From the NCBI RefSeq assembly GCF_009914755.1, contig NC_060940.1: DNA of 64,000 nt; one strand, 5' to 3'. Both the position numbers and the translations under genes were made by a program. This document shows, piece by piece, positions 1-11,500 of this stretch. Source of the DNA: the human T2T-CHM13v2.0 reference genome, Homo sapiens. Below the pieces are notes generated by a model. It was not told the DNA's origin. It saw nothing but the letters and a program-made list of their open reading frames with translations, and did not search any database. Every line of letters starts with the position of its first letter. The first letter of the stretch is position 1.

Positions 1-59
1 CATATTTGAAACACTCTTTTTGTGGAATTTGCAAGTGGAGATTTCAAGCGCTTCGATGC

Positions 60-76
60 CAATGGTAGAAAAGGAA
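60..76 (+). promoter_or_regulatory. A-type monomer box (pJ-alpha-like site) at the position homologous to the CENP-B box in alternate monomers (representative)
   Basis: CAATGGTAGAAAAGGAA lies 171 bp before the CENP-B box at 231 and aligns with it. Variants in other dimers are CAACGGTAG, CAAAGGCAG and CAAAAGCAG followed by AAAAGGAA. A/B alternation is the established structure of dimeric families. Confidence 0.7.
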
Positions 77-230
77 ATATCTTCGTATAAAAACAAGACA
101 AACTCGTTCCCAGACACTGCGTAGTGATGTGTGTGTTTAACTCACAGAGTTTAACCTTTCTTTTCATACAGCATTCTGGAAACCCTGTGTTTGTAAAGTC
201 TGCAAGTGGATATTTGGACCTCTTAGATGC

Positions 231-247
231 CTTCGTTGGAAACGGGA
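231..247 (+). promoter_or_regulatory. CENP-B box (representative; recurs every ~340 bp, five per 10-mer, about 188 positions in the window)
   Basis: CTTCGTTGGAAACGGGA matches the 17-bp consensus YTTCGTTGGAARCGGGA. Next copies start at 571, 911, 1250 and 1590. The copies at 571 and 911 end in T but keep the core nTTCGnnnnAnnCGGGn. Confidence 0.95.
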
Positions 248-803
248 TTTCTTCATATAATGCTAGAGGGAAGAATTCTTAGTAACTTCTTTGTGTTGTG
301 TGTATTCAACTGACAGAGTTGAACCTTCCTTTAGACAGAGCAGATTTGAAAGTCTCTTTCTGTGGAATTTGCAAGTGGAGATTTCAAGCGCTTTGAGGCC
401 AAAAGCAGAAAAGGAAATATTTTCCTATAAAAACTCGACAGAATCTTTCTCAGAAACTGCTCTGGGATGTGTGCGTGCAACTCACAGAGTTTAACTTTTC
501 TTTTCATTCAGCAGTTTGGAAACACTCTGTTTGGAAAGTCTGCACGTGGATATTTTGACCTCTTTGAGGCCTTCGTTGGAAACGGGTTTTTTTCATGTAA
601 GGCTAGACAGAAGAAATCTCAGTAACTTCCTTGTGTTGTGTGTATTCAACTGACAGAGTTGAACCTTCCTTTAGACAGAGCAGATTCGAAACACTCTTTT
701 TCTGCAATTTGCAAGTGGAGACTTCAAGCGCTTTGAGGCCAAAGGCAGAAAAGGAAATATCTTCGTATAAAAACCCGACAGAATCATTCTCAGAAACTGC
801 TCT

Positions 804-2502
804 GTGATGTGTGCGTTCAACTCACAGAGTTTAACTTTTCTTTTCATTCAGCAGTTTGGAAACACTCTGTTTGTAAAGTCTGCAAGTGGATATCTTGGCC
901 TCTTAGAGGCCTTCGTTGGAAACGGGTTTTTTCATGTAAGGATAGACAGAGGAATTCCCAGTAACTTCCTTGTGTTGTGTGCATTCAACTCACAGAGTTG
1001 AATGATTCTTTACACAGAGCAGATTTGAGACACTCTTTTGGTGGAATTTGTAAGTGGAGAATTCAGCCGCTTTGAGGTCAACGGTAGAAAAGGAAATATC
1101 TTCGTATAAAAACTAGACAGAATGATTCTCAGAAACTGTTTTGTGATGTGTGCGTTCAACTCACAGAGTTTAACCTTTCTTTTCAGAGAGCAGTTAGGAA
1201 ACACTCTGTTTGTAAAGTCTGCAAGTGGATATTCAGACCTCTTTGAGGCCTTCGTTGGAAACGGGATTTCTTCATATTATGCTAGACAGATGAATTCTCA
1301 GTAACTTCCTTGTGTTGTGTGTATTCAACTCACAGAGTTGAACGATCCTTTACACAGAGCAGATTTGAAACACTGTTTTTCTGGAATTTGCAAGTGGAGA
1401 TTTCAGCCGATTTGAGGTCAATGGTAGAAAAGGAAATATCTTCGTATAAAAACTAGACAGAATGATTCTCAGAAACTCCTTTGTGATGTGTGCGTTCAAC
1501 TCACAGAGTTTAACCTTTCTTTTCACAGAGCAGTTAGGAAACACTCTGTTTGTGAAGCCTGCCAGTGGATATTCGGACCTCTTTGAGGCCTTCGTTGGAA
1601 ACGGGATTTCTTCATATTATGCTAGACAGAAGATTTCTCAGTAACTTCTTTGTGTTGTGTGTATGCAACTCACAGAGTTCAACCTTCCTTTAGACAGAGC
1701 AGATTTGAAACACTCTTTTTGTGGAATTTGCAAGTGGAGATTTCAAGCGCTTCGATGCCAATGGTAGAAAAGGAAATATCTTCGTATAAAAACAAGACAA
1801 ACTCGTTCCCAGACACTGCGTAGTGATGTGTGTGTTTAACTCACAGAGTTTAACCTTTCTTTTCATACAGCATTCTGGAAACCCTGTGTTTGTAAAGTCT
1901 GCAAGTGGATATTTGGACCTCTTAGATGCCTTCGTTGGAAATGGGATTTCTTCATATAATGCTAGAGGGAAGAATTCTTAGTAACTTCTTTGTGTTGTGT
2001 GTATTCAACTGACAGAGTTGAACCTTCCTTTAGACAGAGCAGATTTGAAAGTCTCTTTTTGTGGAATTTGCAAGTGGAGATTTCAAGCGCTTTGAGGCCA
2101 AAAGCAGAAAAGGAAATATTTTCCTATAAAAACTCGACAGAATCTTTCTCAGAAACTGCTCTGGGATGTGTGCGTTCAACTCACAGAGTTTAACTTTTCT
2201 TTCCATTCAGCAGTTTGGAAACACTCTGTTTGGAAAGTCTGCACGTGGATATTTTGACCTCTTTGAGGCCTTCGTTGGAAACGGGTTTTTTTCATGTAAG
2301 GCTAGACAGAAGAAATCTCAGTAACTTCCTTGTGTTGTGTGTATTCAACTGACAGAGTTGAACCTTCCTTTAGACAGAGCAGATTCGAAACACTCTTTTT
2401 CTGCAATTTGCAAGTGGAGACTTCAAGCGCTTTGAGGCCAAAGGCAGAAAAGGAAATATCTTCGTATAAAAACCCGACAGAATCATTCTCAGAAACTGCT
2501 CT
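804..2502. repeat. Representative canonical 10-mer HOR unit (1,699 bp, arbitrary phase)
   Basis: The anchor recurs at 804 and 2503. Five distinguishable dimers per unit. One Sau3AI GATC per unit (1344-1347) and four EcoRI sites per unit (273, 952, 1059, 1292 in the first period). Confidence 0.95.
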
Positions 2503-5500
2503 GTGATGTCTGCGTTCAACTCACAGAGTTTAACTTTTCTTTTCATTCAGCAGTTTGGAAACACTCTGTTTGTAAAGTCTGCAAGTGGATATCTTGGCCT
2601 CTTAGAGGCCTTCGTTGGAAACGGGTTTTTTCATGTAAGGTTAGACAGAGGAATTCCCAGTAACTTCCTTGTGTTGTGTGCATTGAACTCACAGAGTTGA
2701 ATGATTCTTTACACAGAGCAGATTTGAGACACTCTTTTGGTGGAATTTGTAAGTGGAGAATTCAGCTGCTTTGAGGTCAACGGTAGAAAAGGAAATATCT
2801 TCGTATAAAAACTAGACAGAATGATTCTCAGAAACTGTTTTGTGATGTGTGCTTTCAACTCACAGAGTTTAACCTTTCTTTTCAAAGAGCAGTTAGGAAA
2901 CACTCTGTTTGTAAAGTCTGCAAGTGGATATTCAGACCTCTTTGAGGCCTTCGTTGGAAACGGGATTTCTTCATATTATGCTAGACAGATGAATTCTCAG
3001 TAACTTCCTTGTGTTGTGTGTATTCAACTCACAGAGTTGAACGATCCTTTACACAGAGCAGATTTGAAACACTGTTTTTCTGGAATTTGCAAGTGGAGAT
3101 TTCAGCCGCTTTGAGGTCAATGGTAGAAAAGGAAATATCTTCGTATAAAAACTGGACAGAATGATTCTCAGAAACTCCTTTGTGATGTGTGCGTTCAACT
3201 CACAGAGTTTAACCTTTCTTTTCACAGAGCAGTTAGGAAACACTCTGTGAAGCCTGCCAGTGGATATTCGGACCTCTTTGAGGCCTTCGTTGGAAACGGG
3301 ATTTCTTCATATTATGCTAGACAGAAGATTTCTCAGTAACTTCTTTGGGTTGTGTGTATGCAACTCACAGAGTTCAACCTTCCTTTAGACAGAGCAGATT
3401 TGAAACACTCTTTTTGTGGAATTTGCAAGTGGAGATTTCAAGCGCTTCGATGCCAATGGTAGAAAAGGAAATATCTTCGTATAAAAACAAGACAAACTCG
3501 TTCCCAGACACTGCGTAGTGATGTGTGTGTTTAACTCACAGAGTTTAACCTTTCTTTTCATACAGCATTCTGGAAACCCTGTGTTTGTAAAGTCTGCAAG
3601 TGGATATTTGGACCTCTTAGATGCCTTCTTTGGAAATGGGATTTCTTCATATAATGCTAGAGGGAAGAATTCTTAGTAACTTCTTTGTGTTGTGTGTATT
3701 CAACTGACAGAGTTGAACCTTCCTTTAGACAGAGCAGATTTGAAAGTCTCTTTTTGTGGAATTTGCAAGTGGAGATTTCAAGCGCTTTGAGGCCAAAAGC
3801 AGAAAAGGAAATATTTTCCTATAAAAACTAGACAGAATCTTTCTCAGAAACTGCTCTGGGATGTGTGCGTTCAACTCACAGAGTTTAACTTTTCTTTTCA
3901 TTCAGCAGTTTGGAAACACCCTGTTTGGAAAGTCTGCACGTGGATATTTTGACCTCTTTGAGGCCTTCGTTGGAAACGGGTTTTTTTCATGTAAGGCTAG
4001 ACAGAAGAAATCTCAGTAACTTCCTTGTGTTGTGTGTATTCAACTGACAGAGTTGAACATTCCTTTAGACAGAGCAGATTCGAAACACTCTTTTTCTGCA
4101 ATTTGCAAGTGGAAACTTCAAGCGCATTGAGGCCAAAGGCAGAAAAGGAAATATCTTCGTATAAAAACCCGACAGAATCACTCTCAGAAACTGCTCTGTG
4201 ATGTGTGCGTTCAACTCACAGAGTTTAACTTTTCTTTTCATTCAGCAGTTTGGAAACACTCTGTTTGTAAAGTCTGCAAGTGGATATCTTGGCCTCTTAG
4301 AGGCCTTCGTTGGAAACGGGTTTTTTCATGTAAGGTTAGACAGAGGAATTCCCAGTAACTTCCTTGTGTTGTGTGCATTCAACTCACAGAGTTGAATGAT
4401 TCTTTACACAGAGCAGATTTGAGACACTCTTTTGGTGGAATTTGTAAGTGGAGAATTCAGCCGCTTTGAGGTCAACGGTAGAAAAGGAAATATCTTCGTA
4501 TAAAAACTAGACAGAATGATTCTCAGAAACTGTTTTGTGATGTGTGCGTTCAACTCACAGAGTTTAACCTTTCTTTTCAAAGAGCAGTTAGGAAACACTC
4601 TGTTTGTAAAGTCTGCAAGTGGATATTCAGACCTCTTTGAGGCCTTCGTTGGAAACGGGATTTCTTCATATTATGCTAGACAGATGAATTCTCAGTAACT
4701 TCCTTGTGTTGTGTGTATTCAACTCACAGAGTTGAACGATCCTTTACACAGAGCAGATTTGAAACACTGTTTTTCTGGAATTTGCAAGTGGAGATTTCAG
4801 CCGCTTTGAGGTCAATGGTAGAAAAGGAAATATCTTCGTATAAAAACTAGACAGAATGATTCTCAGAAACTCCTTTGTGATGTGTGCGTTCAACTCACAG
4901 AGTTTAACCTTTCTTTTCACAGAGCAGTTAGGAAACACTCTGTTTGTGAAGCCTGCCAGTGGATATTCGGACCTCTTTGAGGCCTTCGTTGGAAACGGGA
5001 TTTCTTCATATTATGCTAGACAGAAGATTTCTCAGTAACTTCTTTGGGTTGTGTGTATGCAACTCACAGAGTTCAACCTTCCTTTAGACAGAGCAGATTT
5101 GAAACACTCTTTTTGTGGAATTTGCAAGTGGAGATTTCAAACGCTTCGATGCCAATGGTAGAAAAGGAAATATCTTCGTATAAAAACAAGACAAACTCGT
5201 TCCCAGACACTGCGTAGTGATGTGTGTGTTTAACTCACAGAGTTTAACCTTTCTTTTCATACAGCATTCTGGAAACCCTGTGTTTGTAAAGTCTGCAAGT
5301 GGATATTTGGACCTCTTAGATGCCTTCGTTGGAAACGGGATTTCTTCATATAATGCTAGAGGGAAGAATTCTTAGTAACTTCTTTGTGTTGTGTGTATTC
5401 AACTGACAGAGTTGAACCTTCCTTTAGACAGAGCAGATTTGAAAGTCTCTTTTTGTGGAATTTGCAAGTGGAGATTTCAAGCGCTTTGAGGCCAAAAGCA

Positions 5501-8500
5501 GAAAAGGAAATATTTTCCTATAAAAACTCGACAGAATCTTTCTCAGAAACTGCTCTGGGATGTGTGCGTTCAACTCACAGAGTTTAACTTTTCTTTTCAT
5601 TCAGCAGTTTGGAAACACTCTGTTTGGAAAGTCTGCACGTGGATATTTTGACCTCTTTGAGGCCTTCGTTGGAAACGGGTTTTTTTCATGTAAGGCTAGA
5701 CAGAAGAAATCTCAGTAACTTCCTTGTGTTGTGTGTATTCAACTGACAGAGTTGAACCTTCCTTTAGACAGAGCAGATTCGAAACACTCTTTTTCTGCAA
5801 TTTGCAAGTGGAGACTTCAAGCGCTTTGAGGCCAAAGGCAGAAAAGGAAATATCTTCGTATAAAAACCCGACAGAATCACTCTCAGAAACTGCTCTGTGA
5901 TGTGTGCGTTCAACTCACAGAGTTTAACTTTTCTTTTCATTCAGCAGTTTGGAAACACTCTGTTTGTAAAGTCTGCAAGTGGATATCTTGGCCTCTTAGA
6001 GGCCTTCGTTGGAAACGGGTTTTTTCATGTAAGGTTAGACAGAGGAATTCCCAGTAACTTCCTTGTGTTGTGTGCATTCAACTCACAGAGTTGAATGATT
6101 CTTTACACAGAGCAGATTTGAGACACTCTTTTGGTGGAATTTGTAAGTGGAGAATTCAGCCGCTTTGAGGTCAACGGTAGAAAAGGAAATATCTTCGTAT
6201 AAAAACTAGACAGAATGATTCTCAGAAACTGTTTTGTGATGTGTGCGTTCAACTCACAGAGTTTAACCTTTCTTTTCACAGAGCAGTTAGGAAACACTCT
6301 GTTTGTAAAGTCTGCAAGTGGATATTTAGACCTCTTTGAGGCCTTCGTTGGAAACGGGATTTCTTCATATTATGCTAGACAGATGAATTCTCAGTAACTT
6401 CCTTGTGTTGTGTGTATTCAACTCACAGAGTTGAACGATCCTTTACACAGAGCAGATTTGAAACACTGTTTTTCTGGAATTTGCAAGTGGAGATTTCAGC
6501 CGCTTTGAGGTCAATGGTAGAAAAGGAAATATCTTCGTATAAAAACTAGACAGAATGATTCTCAGAAACTCCTTTGTGATGTGTGCGTTCAACTCACAGA
6601 GTTTAACCTTTCTTTTCACAGAGCAGTTAGGAAACACTCTGTTTGTGAAGCCTGCCAGTGGATAATCGGACCTCTTTGAGGCCTTCGTTGGAAACGGGAT
6701 TTCTTCATATTATGCTAGACAGAAGATTTCTCAGTAACTTCTTTGTGTTGTGTGTATGCAACTCACAGAGTTCAACCTTCCTTTAGAGAGAGCATATTTG
6801 AAACACTCTTTTTGTGGAATTTGCAAGTGGAGATTTCAAGCGCTTCGATGCCAATGGTAGAAAAGGAAATATCTTCGTATAAAAACAAGACAAACTCGTT
6901 CCCAGACACTGCGTAGTGATGTGTGTGTTTAACTCACAGAGTTTAACCTTTCTTTTCATACAGCATTCTGGAAACCCTGTGTTTGTAAAGTCTGCAAGTG
7001 GATATTTGGACCTCTTAGATGCCTTCGTTGGAAACGGGATTTCTTCATATAATGCTAGAGGGAAGAATTCTTAGTAACTTCTTTGTGTTGTGTGTATTCA
7101 ACTGACAGAGTTGAACCTTCCTTTAGACAGAGCAGATTTGAAAGTCTCTTTTTGTGGAATTTGCAAGTGGAGATTTCAAGCGCTTTGAGGCCAAAAGCAG
7201 AAAAGGAAATATTTTCCTATAAAAACTCGACAGACTCATTCTCAGAAACTACTCTGTGATGTGTGCGTTCAACTCACAGAGTTTAACTTTTCTTTTCATT
7301 CAGCAGTTTGGAAACACTGTTTGGAAAGTCTGCACGTGGATATTTTGACCTCTTTGAGGCCTTCGTTGGAAACGGGTTATTTTTATGTAAGGCTAGACAG
7401 AAGAAATCTCAGTAACTTCCTTGTGTTGTGTGTATTCAACTGACAGAGTTGAACCTTCCTTTAGACAGAGCAGATTCGAAACACTCTTTTTCTGCAATTT
7501 GCAAGTGGAGACTTCAAGCGCTTTGAGGCCAAAGGCAGAAAAGGAAATATCTTCGTATAAAAACCCGACAGAATCATTCTCAGAAACTGCTCTGTGATGT
7601 GTGCGTTCAACTCACAGAGTTTAACTTTTCTTTTCATTCAGCAGTTTGGAAACACTCTGTTTGTAAAGTCTGCAAGTGGATATCTTGGCCTCTTAGAGGC
7701 CTTCGTTGGAAACGGGTTTTTTCATGTAAGGATAGACAGAGGAATTCCCAGTAACTTCCTTATGTTGTGTGCATTCAACTCACAGAGTTGAATGATTCTT
7801 TACACAGAGCAGATTTGAGACACTCTTTTGGTGGAATTTGTAAGTGGAGAATTCAGCCGCTTTGAGGTCAACGGTAGAAAAGGAAATATCTTCGTATAAA
7901 AACTAGACAGAATGATTCTCAGAAACTGTTTTGTGATGTGTGCGTTCAACTCACACAGTTTAACCTTTCTTTTCAGAGAGCAGTTAGGAAACACTCTGTT
8001 TGTAAAGTCTGCAAGTGGATATTCAGACCTCTTTGAGGCCTTCGTTGGAAACGGGATTTCTTCATATTATGCTAGACAGATGAATTCTCAGTAACTTCCT
8101 TGTGTTGTGTGTATTCAACTCACAGAGTTGAACGATCCTTTACACAGAGCAGATTTGAAACACTGTTTTTCTGGAATTTGCAAGTGGAGATTTCAGCCGA
8201 TTTGAGGTCAATGGTAGAAAAGGAAATATCTTCGTATAAAAACTAGACAGAATGATTCTCAGAAACTCCTTTGTGATGTGTGCGTTCAACTCACAGAGTT
8301 TAACCTTTCTTTTCACAGAGCAGTTAGGAAACACTCTGTTTGTGAAGCCTGCCAGTGGATATTCGGACCTCTTTGAGGCCTTCGTTGGAAACGGGATTTC
8401 TTCATATTATGCTAGACAGAAGATTTCTCAGTAACTTCTTTGTGTTGTGTGTATGCAACTCACAGAGTTCAACCTTCCTTTAGACAGAGCAGATTTGAAA

Positions 8501-11500
8501 CACTCTTTTTGTGGAATTTGCAAGTGGAGATTTCAAGCGCTTCGATGCCAATGGTAGAAAAGGAAATATCTTCGTATAAAAACAAGACAAACTCGTTCCC
8601 AGACACTGCGTAGTGATGTGTGTGTTTAACTCACAGAGTTTAACCTTTCTTTTCATACAGCATTCTGGAAACCCTGTGTTTGTAAAGTCTGCAAGTGGAT
8701 ATTTGGACCTCTTAGATGCCTTCGTTGGAAACGGGATTTCTTCATATAATGCTAGAGGGAAGAATTCTTAGTAACTTCTTTGTGTTGTGTGTATTCAACT
8801 GACAGAGTTGAACCTTCCTTTAGACAGAGCAGATTTGAAAGTCTCTTTTTGTGGAATTTGCAAGTGGAGATTTCAAGCGCTTTGAGGCCAAAAGCAGAAA
8901 AGGAAATATTTTCCTATAAAAACTCGACAGAATCTTTCTCAGAAACTGCTCTGGGATGTGTGCGTTCAACTCACAGAGTTTAACTTTTCTTTCCATTCAG
9001 CAGTTTGGAAACACTCTGTTTGGAAAGTCTGCACGTGGATATTTTGACCTCTTTGAGGCCTTCGTTGGAAACGGGTTTTTTTCTTGTAAGGCTAGACAGA
9101 AGAAATCTCAGTAACTTCCTTGTGTTGTGTGTATTCAACTGACAGAGTTGAACCTTCCTTTAGACAGAGCAGATTCGAAACACTCTTTTTCTGCAATTTG
9201 CAAGTGGAGACTTCAAGCGCTTTGAGGCCAAAGGCAGAAAAGGAAATATCTTCGTATAAAAACCCGACAGAATCATTCTCAGAAACTGCTCTGTGATGTG
9301 TGCGTTCAACTCACAGAGTTTAACTTTTCTTTTCATTCAGCAGTTTGGAAACACTCTGTTTGTAAAGTCTGCAAGTGGATATCTTGGCCTCTTAGAGGCC
9401 TTCGTTGGAAACGGGTTTTTTCATGTAAGGTTAGACAGACGAATTCCCAGTAACTTCCTTGTGTTGTGTGCATTCAACTCACAGAGTTGAATGATTCTTT
9501 ACACAGAGCAGATTTGAGACACTCTTTTGGTGGAATTTGTAAGTGGAGAATTCAGCTGCTTTGAGGTCAACGGTAGAAAAGGAAATATCTTCGTATAGAA
9601 ACTAGACAGAATGATTCTCAGAAACTGTTTTGTGATGTGTGCTTTCAACTCACAGAGTTTAACCTTTCTTTTCAAAGAGCAGTTAGGAAACACTCTGTTT
9701 GTAAAGTCTGCAAGTGGATATTCAGACCTCTTTGAGGCCTTCGTTGGAAACGGGATTTCTTCATATTATGCTAGACAGATGAATTCTCAGTAACTTCCTT
9801 GTGTTGTGTGTATTCAACTCACAGAGTTGAACGATCCTTTACACAGAGCAGATTTGAAACACTGTTTTTCTGGAATTTGCAAGTGGAGATTTCAGCCGCT
9901 TTGAGGTCAATGGTAGAAAAGGAAATATCTTCGTATAAAAACTAGACAGAATGATTCTCAGAAACTCCTTTGTGATGTGTGCGTTCAACTCACAGAGTTT
10001 AACCTTTCTTTTCACAGAGCAGTTAGGAAACACTCTGTGAAGCCTGCCAGTGGATATTCGGACCTCTTTGAGGCCTTCGTTGGAAACGGGATTTCTTCAT
10101 ATTATGCTAGACAGAAGATTTATCAGTAACTTCTTTGGGTTGTGTGTATGCAACTCACAGAGTTCAACCTTCCTTTAGACAGAGCAGATTTGAAACACTC
10201 TTTTTGTGGAATTTGGAAGTGGAGATTTCAAGCGCTTCGATGCCAATGGTAGAAAAGGAAATATCTTCGTATAAAAACAAGACAAACTCGTTCCCAGACA
10301 CTGCGTAGTGATGTGTGTGTTTAACTCACAGAGTTTCACCTTTCTTTTCATACAGCATTCTGGAAACCCTCTGTTTGTAAAGTCTGCAAGTGGATATTTG
10401 GACCTCTTAGATGCCTTCTTTGGAAACGGGATTTCTTCATATAATGCTAGAGGGAAGAATTCTTAGTAACTTCTTTGTGTTGTGTGTATTCAACTGACAG
10501 AGTTGAACCTTCCTTTAGACAGAGCAGATTTGAAAGTCTCTTTTTGTGGAATTTGCAAGTGGAGATTTCAAGCGCTTTGAGGCCAAAAGCAGAAAAGGAA
10601 ATATTTTCCTATAAAAACTAGACAGAATCTTTCTCAGAAACTGCTCTGGGATGTGTGCGTTCAACTCACAGAGTTTAACTTTTCTTTTCATTCAGCAGTT
10701 TGGAAACACTCTGTTTGGAAAGTCTGCACGTGGATATTTTGACCTCTTTGAGGCCTTCGTTGGAAACGGGTTTTTTTCATGTAAGGCTAGACAGAAGAAA
10801 TCTCAGTAACTTCCTTGTGTTGTGTGTATTCAACTGACAGAGTTGAACCTTCCTTTAGACAGAGCAGATTCGAAACACTCTTTTTCTGCAATTTGCAAGT
10901 GGAAACTTCAAGCGCTTTGAGGCCAAAGGCAGAAAAGGAAATATCTTCGTATAAAAACCCGACAGAATCACTCTCAGAAACTGCTCTGTGATGTGTGCGT
11001 TCAACTCACAGAGTTTAACTTTTCTTTTCATTCAGCAGTTTGGAAACACTCTGTTTGTAAAGTCTGCAAGTGGATATCTTGGCCTCTTAGAGGCCTTCGT
11101 TGGAAACGGGTTTTTTCATGTAAGGTTAGACAGAGGAATTCCCAGTAACTTCCTTGTGTTGTGTGCATTCAACTCACAGAGTTGAATGATTCTTTACACA
11201 GAGCAGATTTGAGACACTCTTTTGGTGGAATTTGTAAGTGGAGAATTCAGCCGCTTTGAGGTCAACGGTAGAAAAGGAAATATCTTCGTATAAAAACTAG
11301 ACAGAATGATTCTCAGAAACTGTTTTGTGATGTGTGCGTTCAACTCACAGAGTTTAACCTTTCTTTTCAAAGAGCAGTGAGGAAACACTCTGTTTGTAAA
11401 GTCTGCAAGTGGATATTCAGACCTCTTTGAGGCCTTCGTTGGAAACGGGATTTCTTCATATTATGCTAGACAGATGAATTCTCAGTAACTTCCTTGTGTT

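Noticed and set aside
85-93. TATAAAAA motifs as TATA-box promoters and T-runs as terminators
   Set aside because: They are ordinary A-type monomer sequence repeated every 340 bp; sequence alone gives no evidence of transcription units.
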